A stretch of 64,000 nt of DNA from Alphaproteobacteria bacterium (GTDB lineage: Bacteria; Pseudomonadota; Alphaproteobacteria; SP197): assembly GCA_964291265.2 (NCBI GenBank), contig OZ219747.1, positions 2,080,001-2,144,000 on the forward strand, written 5' to 3'. The translations under genes were made by a program, and so were the position numbers. Positions within the stretch are counted from its first letter, which is position 1, and the number at the start of each line of letters is the position of its first letter. The notes beneath the pieces are model-generated. The model was not told the origin of the DNA and searched no databases. It saw only the letters and a list, made by a program, of their open reading frames with translations. Shown here one piece after another: positions 10,122 to 20,884 of the stretch.

Positions 10122-11615
10122 ATGGCGATCGACGAGGACACGCGGGCGACGATCGTGCGGCTGTCGCGGGCCGAGGGCTGGGCTGTGGGGACGATTGCCC
10201 GGCATCTCGGCGTGCACCACGGCACGGTGACGCGGGCGCTCAAGGCGTCGGGGCAGGAGCGGCGGCCGCGGGCCAAGCTCATCGACCCCTTCGTTGCCTT
10301 CCTCGGGGAGCGTCTTGAGGCGTCGCCGGACCTTCCGGCCAGCACGCTCTGGCGACAGGTCGTGGCTCTGGGCTACCGCGGCGGCGAGGATCACTTCCGT
10401 CACGACCTGCGCCGCCTCGGGCTGAGGCCGGTGAAGAGGCCCGAGCCGTCGCTGCGGCTGAGCTTCCTTCCGGGCGAGCAGGCGCAGGTTGACTGGGCCG
10501 AGTTCGGGAAGGTCCGCATCGGCCGGGCGGAGCGCAGGCTCATGGGGCTTCTCGTCACCCTCAGCTACTCGCGCCAGACTGTCCTGAGCCTGTTCCACGA
10601 CGCGCGGATGGCCAGCTTCCTGCAAGGCCATGTCGAGGCTTTCGCGGCATTCGGGGGTGTGCCGCGGAGGCTTCTGTACGACAACCTGAAGAGTGCCGTG
10701 GTGACGCGCCGCGGCAAGGCGGTCACCTATCATCCGATGCTGCTCGGCCTTGCGGCCCACTATGCCTTCGAACCGAGCGCCGCCTGGCCCAGGAGCCCGC
10801 AGGAGAAGGGCCGCGTGGAACGCCGTGTGCGCTTCGCGCGCACCGGGTTCTTCGCCGGGCGCGACATCACGGTCCCGCTCGGCGAGCTCAACGCCGCAGT
10901 TCGGGAGTGGTGCTTCGGCGCCGCCGCGGAGCGGCCCTGGCCGGACGACGACAGTCTCCTGGTGCGGGACGCCTTCGCCCGGGAGAGGGAGCACCTGATC
11001 GTCCTTCCCGTCGACCCCTTCCCGCATCACGAGGTCCGCCCGGTGCGCATCGACAAGACCTGCCACGCCCGCTTCGACACCAACGACTACAGCGTTCCGG
11101 GTAGCTTCTCCAAGGCCCTGCTGACGCTGGTCGCCGACCGCGACGAGGTCCGCATCCTCGACGGCGCCGACGAGGTCGCGCGCCACCGACGCTCCTACGA
11201 CAGGAAGCAGGCCGTCACCGATCCGGAGCATGCCAGGGCGATCGCCGCGGGCAAGCGGCGGGCCCGCTCCATGAGCGTCCGCGACCGGGTCCTGCGCACC
11301 GTGCCGCGGGCCGAGGAGATGCTGGCGCGCGCCGGGACCAACGGGCGCAACGTGGCCTCCTGCGCCCGGATGCTGGAGACGCTTCTCAACGCGCACGGCG
11401 CCGACGCTCTCGACCGGGCTGTCGCCACGGCGCTGGAGCGCGGCTCGTGCCACCCCGAAACCGTGCGCGTCATCATCGAGGAGCGCCGCCGGGAGCAGGG
11501 CCTGCCGCCCCTCAGCATCGCCGACGACGGCCGCGGCGGCCGTGGCACGACGCCGCGGGGGACCGCTCTCGACGCCTACGACAGGCCCGAAGCCAGCGCC
11601 AGGAACAAGACATGA
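10122..11615 (+). CDS. istA: IS21 transposase
   Basis: N-terminal HTH; PGEQAQVDW, LSYSR, LYDNLKSAV, PQEKGRVER. Confidence 0.95.
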   Translation: MAIDEDTRATIVRLSRAEGWAVGTIARHLGVHHGTVTRALKASGQERRPRAKLIDPFVAFLGERLEASPDLPASTLWRQVVALGYRGGEDHFRHDLRRLGLRPVKRPEPSLRLSFLPGEQAQVDWAEFGKVRIGRAERRLMGLLVTLSYSRQTVLSLFHDARMASFLQGHVEAFAAFGGVPRRLLYDNLKSAVVTRRGKAVTYHPMLLGLAAHYAFEPSAAWPRSPQEKGRVERRVRFARTGFFAGRDITVPLGELNAAVREWCFGAAAERPWPDDDSLLVRDAFAREREHLIVLPVDPFPHHEVRPVRIDKTCHARFDTNDYSVPGSFSKALLTLVADRDEVRILDGADEVARHRRSYDRKQAVTDPEHARAIAAGKRRARSMSVRDRVLRTVPRAEEMLARAGTNGRNVASCARMLETLLNAHGADALDRAVATALERGSCHPETVRVIIEERRREQGLPPLSIADDGRGGRGTTPRGTALDAYDRPEASARNKT

Positions 11616-12313
11616 GCGAGCTCAGGGAGCGTGCCCGGGCGCTCGGCCTCCACGGGCTCGTCGAACGCTGGGACGAGGTCGCCGGGACCGCATGGATCGA
11701 GGAGGTGGTCAGCGGCGAGGAACAGGCCCGCAGGGCCCGCAGCCACGAGCGCCGCCGCGCCGCGGCGCGGCTGCCCGCCTTCAAGCCCCTGGCGGACTTC
11801 GACTGGACATGGCCGCGCGACATCAGCCGGGCTCATGTCGAAGCGCTCCTCGGCCTCGGCTTCGTCGACCGTGCGGACAACGCCGTGCTCGTCGGCGGGC
11901 AGGGCACCGGAAAGACCATGATCGCCGCCAACGTGGCGCACCAGGCCCTGCTGCACGGCCACACCGTCCGCTTCGAGAAGGCGCCGGAACTGCTCGAGGC
12001 ACTCGCCGAGACCGTCTCGCGCAGCGAGCTGCGCCGCCGCCTCGCGATCCTCGCCAGGCCCCGCCTGCTCATCCTCGACGAAATCGGCTACGTGACCCTC
12101 GAAAGCCACCATGCCGACATCCTCTACGCCATCGTCTCGCGGCGCTATCAGCGCCGCTCGACCATGGTCACGACAAGCCTCGCCTTCGCCCAGTGGGACC
12201 GCGTCTTCCCCAGCGCCTCCGGCATCGCCGGCACCGTCGACCGGCTCATGCACGACGCAACCCTCATCTCCATCGACAGCGACTCCTGGCGGCTCAGGCG
12301 TGAAACCGGATAA
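11612..12313 (+). CDS. istB: IS21 helper AAA+ ATPase
   Basis: ATGA overlap with istA; GGQGTGKT, LLILDEIGY, VDRLMH. Confidence 0.93.
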   Translation: MSELRERARALGLHGLVERWDEVAGTAWIEEVVSGEEQARRARSHERRRAAARLPAFKPLADFDWTWPRDISRAHVEALLGLGFVDRADNAVLVGGQGTGKTMIAANVAHQALLHGHTVRFEKAPELLEALAETVSRSELRRRLAILARPRLLILDEIGYVTLESHHADILYAIVSRRYQRRSTMVTTSLAFAQWDRVFPSASGIAGTVDRLMHDATLISIDSDSWRLRRETG

Positions 12314-13193
12314 ACCCCGCCGCGTCGACTTCGACGCCGTCAAGCGCATGCCGTTCGAACGCATCGCCGCCGACTGGGGATACGTCCGCGACGAACAGGC
12401 CTCGACACGCGCCAACCCCGTCCTGTGCGCACCCGGCCTGCCGAAGCTCGTCACGAAGTGCCTCAACAACGGACACTGGGTCTACTTCAACACCCAGAAC
12501 GATGAAGACAACGGAACCGTCATCGACTTCATGCTCAACCGCGGACTGGCCTTCGCCGACATCTGCACCCGCTTCGCAGCACCCGACGCCGCGCCACGCG
12601 ACTTCCGCAGCCTCTGGGCCGCGGCAACGCCCGATGCGGCCCCGGACTGGCTCACCGGGCGCGGCATCCTCCCAGAGACCCTCGACACCTGCCGCCCCCT
12701 GGTCCGCCGCGACCACAACGGACGCGTCCTCTTCGCCCATCGCAACAGGAAGCGAAAGCTCACCGGCTTCGAGATCGGTCCCCCCGACGGACCGAAACGC
12801 TTCGCCACCGGTGGAACCCGAAGCCTGTTCGCCGTCCGCGCCGGAACCGCCGCGGACCTCGAGGCCCTCGTCATCACCGAAAGCGCCGTCGACGCCCTCA
12901 GCCTGGCCCAGATCGACCAATGTCCCCCCAGCCACGCCTTCCTCTCCACCGCCGGGGCACCCTCGCGAAGACAGCACGAACAGATCAGCCTCGCCGCAAG
13001 CAGCCTGCCCAACGTCAGGACCATCGTCCTCGCCCAGGACCACGACGAGGCCGGAGAGCGACAGGCCGAAACCCTGCGCAAAAAGATGAAGCTCCCCTCC
13101 CACGTCTCGTTCCACAGACGCAGACCGCCGGAAAACGCCGACTGGAACGACGTCGTCAACGCCAGGACCAAAGAACCACAAGCGAGATCATGA
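12300..13193 (+). CDS. DUF3991/Toprim (primase-like) protein
   Basis: DNGTVIDF, WLTGRGI, LVITESAVDALS, LSTAG, VLAQDHDEAG, DWND; GTG start overlaps the istB end. Confidence 0.8.
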   Translation: MKPDKPRRVDFDAVKRMPFERIAADWGYVRDEQASTRANPVLCAPGLPKLVTKCLNNGHWVYFNTQNDEDNGTVIDFMLNRGLAFADICTRFAAPDAAPRDFRSLWAAATPDAAPDWLTGRGILPETLDTCRPLVRRDHNGRVLFAHRNRKRKLTGFEIGPPDGPKRFATGGTRSLFAVRAGTAADLEALVITESAVDALSLAQIDQCPPSHAFLSTAGAPSRRQHEQISLAASSLPNVRTIVLAQDHDEAGERQAETLRKKMKLPSHVSFHRRRPPENADWNDVVNARTKEPQARS

Positions 13194-13510
13194 CCACGTC
13201 CGTCACAAGGAGACCACTCATGCCCCTCACGCCCGCCGAAAAGCAGCGGCGATACCGGGAACGGCGCAAGGCCGGCATCCCTCCCGTCCACACCCCAAAG
13301 CACCGTGACCGGCGCTCGCGACCGCAACGCTGGAACGACGCCGTGGCCGAACTGCGCTCCCTGCAGGACGAATGGCGTGACCACCTCGACAGCATCCCCG
13401 AAAGCCTCCGTGACACGCCTTACGGAGAACGCCTGCAGAGCGTCGCCGATGCCGACATCGAGGCCCTCGAGGACATCGAACCGCCACGCGGCTACGGAAG
13501 GGATACGTGA
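13190..13510 (+). CDS. Small hypothetical protein, IS21-associated type
   Basis: ATGA-coupled to the Toprim gene; LTPAEKQRRYRER...RWNDAVAEL...IEPPRGYGRD. Confidence 0.65.
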   Translation: MTTSVTRRPLMPLTPAEKQRRYRERRKAGIPPVHTPKHRDRRSRPQRWNDAVAELRSLQDEWRDHLDSIPESLRDTPYGERLQSVADADIEALEDIEPPRGYGRDT

Positions 13511-14104
13511 TCCCGCAAGACCCTTGAACGCGGTCACGCGTTACCATCCAGGAATGAGAACGTCTCACCCCGACGCGCCGCTCAGCCTCCCCGGGAAACT
13601 CCCGGGCCGTCCAAACGACACCGCATCACGAGACTGCCGCAGCCTCTGAGCCGCAGCGACGCCCGATCCGCCGCCGGGCTGGCTCACAGGTCGCAGCATC
13701 CGCCCGAAAACACTCAACGCCTGCCGCACCCTGCAGGACGAATGGCGTGACCGCCTCGACAGCATCCCCGAAAGCCTCCGTGACACGCCTTACGGAGAAC
13801 GCCTGCAGAGCGTCGCCGATGCCGACATCGAGGCCCTCGAGGACATCGAACCGCCACGCGGCTACGGAAGGGATACGTGATCCCGCAAGACCCTTGAACG
13901 CGGTCACGCGTTACCATCCAGGAATGAGAACGTCTCACCCCGACGCGCCTCTCAGCCTCCCCGGGAAACCCCCGGGCCGTCCAAACGACACCACATCACG
14001 AGACTGCCGCAGCCGCTGAGCCGCAGCAACGCCCGATCCGCCGCCGGACTGACTCACAGGTCGCAGCATCCGCCCGAAAACACTCGACGCCTGCCGCACC
14101 CTGC
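13359..14104. repeat. Tandem duplication, 2 x 370 bp
   Basis: ctgcaggacg at 13361 and 13731; ggatacgtga at 13501 and 13871. Confidence 0.93.
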
Positions 14105-14676
14105 GCCGCCGCAACCGCAACGCACGCAGCCTCTTCGCCCAGCGAACAGAAACCGTAAGCTCTCCAGCCTCGAGATCGTCCCGCCCGACGAACCACGACG
14201 AGGCCGGAGAACGCCAGAACAAGACCCCGCGCAAAAGCCTGAAGCTCCCCTCCCACATCACGTTCCACAAACGCCGACCGAAACGACATCGTCACAACGT
14301 CAACGTCAACGCAAGACCAATGGGATCCAACAATAGGCAGAAAACAAAGACCGGGCGGACCTTCGTCCAATGCCGCACGTTCTCCTGTCGTGGTCACCCA
14401 CTCACACGATCAGCGCCCAAAAGAGCGGTTCTCCGCCAATATCCCGCCGTTCTAAATCGCCGCCGACACGTCAAGGGCAACGCTCCGGAGACCTTCGCTA
14501 TCCTCGACAGCATCAATTGGCAAAAAGACGCCACCGGCCACTTCACGGAGCCGTTCGACAAGGCGCACGGTCGACTGGAGCAGCGTTCGATCAGCGTCCT
14601 CGTCCCGTTGGACGGTCTGATCAACTATCCGGGCGTCCGTCAGGTCGCCCGCATCACCCGCTATCGGGAGCCGTGG

Positions 14677-14847
14677 AAGAAAGGCTCCGGCGATGCCGGG
14701 AAGGAAGGCTCCGGCGATGCCGGGAAGGAAGGCCCCGGCGATGCCGGGAAGGAAGGCTCCGGCGATGCCGGGAAGGAAGGCTCCGGCGATGCCGGGAAGA
14801 AAGGCCCCGGCGATGCCGGGAAGAAAGGCTCCGGCGATGCCGGGAAG
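14677..14847 (+). repeat. In-frame 24-bp tandem repeat x7 (K[EK]G[SP]GDAG) inside the ISAs1 transposase
   Basis: aag(g/a)aaggc(t/c)ccggcgatgccggg repeated seven times without spacers. Confidence 0.95.
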
Positions 14848-16791
14848 CAAGAAGAGAAGGATTACACGGAAACCGATTACATCATCACCTCTCTCGATAC
14901 GGGGGCCACGTCGCCGGAAGAGTTGCTGCGACTGAACCGCCGCCACTGGGCCGTGGAAAATCTGAACCATCGACAAAGGGATTGCGTCTTCGGCGAAGAC
15001 GCCTGCCTGACCCGCACCGACAACGGCCCGGCGAACCGGGCCAGCCTCAACAACATCGCGCTCGCGGTGATCTTCGCCAACCGCCGCGAGGCCGAAAGCC
15101 TCGCCGAAACCCGGCGCCGCCTACAACTGGACCGTCGCGAGGCCATCAACGCCCTGACCCGGCCCTGAGACGCCTTGAGCGTCCGGGGACCCCGGAACGC
15201 TGCTAGACCGAAGTTCCGGACGTTTTCCAGCTGGAAGTCGCGTCAAGTCGTTGATCTTGCGCGGTTTATCGGGTTTGACGGACTTCACAACGTACCCATG
15301 TACGGATGCATTTTGTGCTTGACACACGGCAGTGCCGTGCCTATGTACAGTAGCCATGTACATCGAAGCCGTCCCCAACCGCTCCTCGCCGCCCGCCATC
15401 CTGCTCCGCGAGTCCTATCGCGAAAACGGAAAGGTCAAGAAGCGCACCATCGCCAACCTCTCCAAGTAGTCCCCCACCCTCGTCGAGGGATTGCGCATCC
15501 TCCTCAAGGGAGGAACAGCAGTCCGACATCTCGACGATGCCTTCGACATCGTCCGCTCCCTTCCCCACGGGCATGTCGCCGCAGTGCTGGGAACCCTGAA
15601 GAAGCTGGGACTGGACAGGCTGATCGACCCGAAGCCCTCGGCACGGCGCGATCAGGTCCTGGCCATGATCGTGGCACGCATCCTCGAGCCCGCCTCGAAG
15701 CTGGCCACGGCCAGGGGGCTGGCCGAGGCCACGGCGGTCAGCACCCTGGGCGAGGTCCTCGATGCGGAGATGGACGAGGACGCCCTCTATGGCGCCATGG
15801 ACTGGCTCCTGGAGCGTCAGGAGAGGATCGAGCGGTCCCTGGCGAAGCGGCGCCTCGAAGAGGGCTGCCTGGTGCTCTATGACCTGACCTCGGTATGGAT
15901 GGAGGGGAGAGCGTGTCCCCTGGCAAGGAGGGGTCATTCCCGGGATGGCAAGAAGGGCAAGCTGCAGATCGAGTTCGGCCTTCTGTGCGATCGGGACGGC
16001 TGTCCAGTGTCGGTGGAAGTGTTCCCCGGCAACACGGCGGACCCCGGGACGGTGGCATCACAGATCACCACGCTGCAGGAGCGCTTCTCCCTGGCGAAGG
16101 TGGTGCTGGTGGGAGACCGGGGGATGCTGACCGAGGCGCGCATACGCGAGGAGGTGAAGCCTGCGGGCCTGGACTGGATCAGCGCCTTGAGGGGACCGGC
16201 CATCCGCGCCCTTGTGGAGGCCGGCGACGTCGAGATGTCGCTCTTCGACGAGAGGGACCTGGTGGAGATCACCAGCGATGCGTATCCCGGCGAACGCCTC
16301 ATGGTCTGCCGCAACCCCCTGCTGGCCGAGGACCGGGCCCGCAAGCGCCAGGAGCTGCTCGAGGCCACCGAGGCCCTGCTTGAACCGATCGCCGCAGCGA
16401 CACGGCGCGACAAGCGCCGTCTCAAGGGTGCCGACAAGATCGGGGAGCGGGTCGGCAAGGTCATCGGTAAATACAAGATGGCGAGTAACTACTCACCCCC
16501 TACTGATGACGGATCGTTTTTCCTGACGGGTTCGGATCCGGCATTGTCTCTTGCCGCCTTCACTTGCTCGCTTCCGATGATCGGATGTGCGTGTTCCGAC
16601 TGACAAGAAGCGGATCGATCTTCGTCTTCAGCTCCACGTTCCGGCCTTATATGGCCAGGTTTTGTCCCCGTGATGATGCAATCATCCACAGCGGTTGGCT
16701 GCCTTTCCAATCCTCTGGAGATATGCGCTTGACATTGTAGGAGGGGCACTCTACATGCAGGCCATCGGGGCGGTTTGCGTCGGAGATATTG

Positions 16792-17466
16792 ATGGCGGCA
16801 TGGTATGGATCGAAGGCGACGACGGGTCTGAGCCAGGCGATCGTCGCGGCCATGCCGCCGCATGACGTGTACATCGAGGCGTTCCTTGGGGGCGGCGCGA
16901 TCATGAAGCGCAAGCCACCGGCGCTACGCAGCATCGGCATTGACCTCAACCGCCGGGCGATCGACACCTTCCGCTGTGACTATCCGGTGGAGCTTCACCA
17001 AGGCTGCGCCCTGCGTTTTCTCGAGACCTTCGCCTTCCAGGGCCGCGAGCTGGTCTACTGCGACCCGCCTTACGTGCAGTCGACGCGCCGGTCGCAGCGC
17101 CGCTACCGCTTCGACTGCACGGACGATGACCATGTTGCGCTCCTCGACATCCTGACGTCGCTGCCCTGCCAGGTGATGATCTCCGGCTATCCCTCGCGGC
17201 TCTACGACACGCACCTCGCCGGCTGGCGCTCGGCCGAGGTCCAGGTCAACAACCAGGCCTGCGTTGTCACCGAGAAGCTGTGGTTCAACTTCGCACCGGG
17301 CCGACCGCACTGGCATACGTGTGCGGGCAGGAACTCGATCGACCGCCAGCGCATCAAGCGCCTCGCAGAGAGCTGGGCGCGGCGCTACCGGACGATGCCC
17401 GAAGGCGAGCGGCTCGCCGTGCTGGCGGCAGTCATGGCGGTGGAGGCGTCGTCATGGCGAGCGTGA
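16792..17466 (+). CDS. Compact Dam-like (D12/alpha-class) DNA adenine methyltransferase
   Basis: YGSK, YIEAFLGGGA (SAM binding), VYCDPPY, VMISGY, TEKLWFNF. Confidence 0.85.
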   Translation: MAAWYGSKATTGLSQAIVAAMPPHDVYIEAFLGGGAIMKRKPPALRSIGIDLNRRAIDTFRCDYPVELHQGCALRFLETFAFQGRELVYCDPPYVQSTRRSQRRYRFDCTDDDHVALLDILTSLPCQVMISGYPSRLYDTHLAGWRSAEVQVNNQACVVTEKLWFNFAPGRPHWHTCAGRNSIDRQRIKRLAESWARRYRTMPEGERLAVLAAVMAVEASSWRA

Positions 17467-18147
17467 ACGGCACGTCTGTGCGCCAGGAGGCCGACATCTT
17501 CCAGAAGCAGTTCCAGGATCTCCGCAAGCAGGGCAAGGTCAACCAGGAGTGCGAGGAGCTCTTCCGCGGCATGCTGATGCTGATAAAGCTGTTGCTGACC
17601 GTGCTCATGGAGAAGATCACACGTAAGACAAGCCGGAACTCCGGTCTGCCGCCATCGCAGACTGACAAGGACGAGAGCGCGAGGCGCACCGGGAGCCACG
17701 GCAAGGGCCCGAAGCCGAACCAGCAGACGGGCGACAACCTGCGCACGACCACCGTCGAGGAGACGATCGTCGTTGATGCCTGCGACGCCTGCGGCGCCGA
17801 CCTCCACGACGTTGACCCCGTCGACCGGGAGTGCCGCGTCCTCTACGACATCGTGTTCGAAGTCGTCGAGCGCCGCGTCGAAGCCGAGATCAAGGAATGT
17901 CCGAAGTGCCGGGCCCGGACCAAGGGCCGGTTCCCAGACAACATGCCGGGCCCCCTGCAGTACGGCGTCAGCATCCAGGCCCTCGTCATCAACCTGCTGA
18001 TCGCCCAGATGCTGTCCCTGCGTCGTGCCGTCTCGCTGTAAGCGTTCGGCCGTTCGGTGATGGCTGATTTTGGTTGGTTTGGGTCTTGCTGACTATCGTC
18101 TGAGAAAGTGCTGGTAAACTCGTTTGGTCTCGATTATGGTCGAGGCC

Positions 18148-20580
18148 ATGAAGACTTTTGCCGAGACGCGCGGAGCGACACAGCAGCTGACGGGAGGTGG
18201 TGACGGCCTATGTCGGGCGTCAGTGGCCTTGTCATGCGAGGCGCCTGACTGGCGTGCGCTCTATGAGGCGGAGCGGGTTCGTGCGGATGCGGCGGAAGCG
18301 CGTATGCGGTGTGCCAGGCGAACTGGCGGAAGGTAGGGGGTGAAAGTCCCCTGGAACGAAGGAGTAACCAAACCACGTTTCTCCGCGAGCCGTGCGTCGG
18401 TTCCCGCGAGGGGGCAGGCGAAGCGTCGGTAGCGGTACGGATGGGCAGGGCTAATGAGCACCGAAAAAGCTATCATCCGGGGTGCCGAGGCTTTCGCATT
18501 GGTCGAAGGCAACATCGCAGGCATCGATTTGGTGAGATGTCGGCGAGCCCCGCGGTGTCAGAGAACCCATGCACGTCCGCACGCCTTCTGTTGGGACCCT
18601 GGGAGATCTTCAAACCGTCCCGCCGGTTGTGGCGGGACCGCATGGGGAAGGAGAAAACCGAAGCCTATGATGTACGGTTTGAAGAAGTCGGATGAGGCCG
18701 TAGTACCTGTGAAGGCGGCGAACAAGGAAGCGTTAGCTTCTGCGGAGTCGCTGGAGGAAAGGGCCTCAACCAAGGGGAATCCGGGACGCTAAAGCACGCA
18801 CCGAACGCAGTGTCGGGCAAGCGTGCCACAGGCGGCGGATCGGATACGGGAAGCCGCAGGCTAGTCCAGTGGTTTGCCGTCCAGTACCCGAGGTAGGAGC
18901 CGGATGGATTAACGTCCACGTCCGGATCTGCGCGGGGGGTGCGCAGCAATGCGCATCCCTACCGCGTCTGACCTGCGCCGTGCGAAGAATTCTGCCCGTG
19001 CCCGTGCGGGCACATTCAAGTTTCATCTCGACCGCACTCGTGATCAGCTCAAGGAGGCTCGCCGGGAGGTGAAGCGTGGACAGGCCCGAGCGGAGGCGCT
19101 GGAGCAGGAAAGGGACGCTCTGAAGCTCAAGAACGCTGAACAGGCGAGCGAGCTGAGGAATCTCCGCGGGACGCGTGCCAAGCACGCGACGGCGCGCTTC
19201 GGGTCGAAGAGCGAGAAACGGAAGAAGAAGGAAGGCACCGGGAACAAGCGGGGTCAGCAACCCGGCAAGAGCGGCCACGGGCGCACTCCGCGTCCGAAGC
19301 TCAAGGAGAAGCACGAACGCCATGATCCACCGGCATCGCAGCGCACGTGCCCGTGTTGCGGCGAGCCCTATGTGGCCAACGGCAGCCACGAGACCTCGAT
19401 CATGGAGGTCCATGTCAAGGCTCATATCCGGCGGATTGAACGTGGGCGTTGGCGCCGTGGTTGTCAGTGTTCGTCGGCGCCTGCGGAGATCATCGCGCCG
19501 CCACCTTTGCGCTTGCTTGCGAATACCCCCTTCGGCATCAGTGTCTGGGAATGCGTGCTCTATGAGCGCTTCGCCTGCTTGCGTCCCCTGCGCCGGGTCT
19601 CGCGATGGCTGGAAGACCAGGGACTGCCGATGGCGCCGGGAACGATCGCTGGCGGCATGAAGAAGATGACGCCGATGTTCGCGCCTCTCGCTCAGGCCAT
19701 CCTCGATCATCAGAACCGGCTGACGGTGCGCCACGGCGACGAGACCAGCTGGCGCATCCAGTCCCTCAAGGCCTCGGGGCGCTCGCAGAAGGCCTGGCTG
19801 TGGACCGCGGTCAGCGCCGACTCCGTCTTCTTCCTTATCGACCCGTCACGCAGCACCCGGGTGGCCATGGTGCTGTTCGCCTCCACCGAAGGTGTCGTCT
19901 TCCTTGTTTGCGACCGCTACGTGGTCTACAGGAAACTGGAGCGTGAGCTTGATGGCAAGGTGATCCTCTGCCTTTGCTGGGCGCACTCCAGGCGCGATGT
20001 GATCGAGGCTGCGGCAGGCCAAGAGGGGCTGGAAGAGTGGTGCGACAAGTGGCTCGACAGGATCGCGCTGATCTACACACTGAATGGGCAACGGCTGAAG
20101 CACTACGATCCCGCACGCAAGCGTCAGTCAGCGAGGTTCAATGCCCTGCAGAAGGACCTTCGTGCGGCTGTCGAGGCGCTGTTCAGGCAGGCTCAGGAGG
20201 AACTCGACGCCTTGCCCGAGGGTGCACGCGAAGCGAAGCCCTTGCGTTCCCTGATCCGTCACCGCGAGGGACTGTGCGTCTTTGTCGACCATCCCCAGGT
20301 GCCCATGGACAACAACTTTGCCGAGAGAGCCCTCCGGGGTGCGGTGACCGCGAGAAAGCTGAGCTTCGGCTCCGACAGCGAGGAAGGCGCCGCCTTCACC
20401 GCCATCATGTACTCGGTCATCGGCACCCTTGCCATGAACAACATCAATGTTCGGCGCTGGCTTCATGAGTGGCTTGAGGCCTGCGCGCAGAACGGCGGCA
20501 AGCCGCCGGATGACCTCGACCCGTGGCTGCCATGGTCGATGCCCCCGGAGCGTCGAAGGGACCTCATGGAACCGGGGTGA
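18148..20580 (+). CDS. IS66 transposase B, interrupted by a sense-strand group II intron; start approximate
   Basis: Removing 18309-18968 gives in-frame AEARMR-DLRRAK; FGSKSEK, CPCCG, HGDETSW, VCDRY, CWAHSRR, MDNNFAERALR. Confidence 0.85.
18309..18968 (+). ncRNA. ORF-less (internally deleted) group II intron
   Basis: Starts GTGTG; similar to 49100-49349 and 62627-62940; only the first RT codons remain; domain V/VI-like end ggagccggatggattaacgtccacgtccggatctgcgcggggg...ccctaccgcgtc. Confidence 0.88.
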
Positions 20581-20884
20581 TCGAGTGCCGTTACGACGGC
20601 CGTGACTTCACCGCGCACGAGATGGCGCTGTTGCGCTCCCTGATCACCCAGCACCCCACCCGTGCGGCCATCGCCCGCGCCTTCTGCCGCGAGACCGGCT
20701 GATACAAGCCCGACGGGGCCTCAAGAACATGATGGCGAATGTCGCCTTTCTGGCCATGCACCGCGACGGCCTCATCACCCTGCCGCCACCCCAACGACGA
20801 GCAACCCGACCCGGACCCATCGTCTTCGGACCCAACAGCGAACCGCCACGTGGTGCGCCTCCCAAACGCATCCTCAACCGGTGA
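20577..20884 (+). pseudogene. DUF4338 gene remnant in IS66 B
   Basis: Matches the 5' and extreme 3' ends of 47405..48271, with a stop at ~20700 and a large deletion at ~20864. Confidence 0.85.

Larger units (their letters stand above)
9132..14468 (+). mobile_element. IS21-family transposon with passenger genes (5.3 kb)
   Basis: TG...CA ends; IRs tgttgatggctgcatagaacggcgggat / tgtcggcggcgatttagaacggcgggat; 5-bp duplication CGTCA at 9127-9131 and 14469-14473. Confidence 0.92.
7855..15168 (+). pseudogene. DUF4338-ISAs1 transposase fusion, frameshifted near 8925 and split by IS21 (pieces 7855-9131 and 14474-15168)
   Basis: DUF4338 motifs HHYLGF, NNTRFLIL, ETFCDP, GTMLKAAGW; ISAs1 motifs IPDFRRAQGRKH, ADGKRIRGA, TLDALHT. 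DYVFVV|KGN rejoins across the insertion, then HGRLEQR and RRHWAVEN. Confidence 0.88.

Noticed and set aside
14677-14847. Possible CRISPR array
   Set aside because: Contiguous 24-bp units with no spacers, in frame in a transposase; no cas genes.
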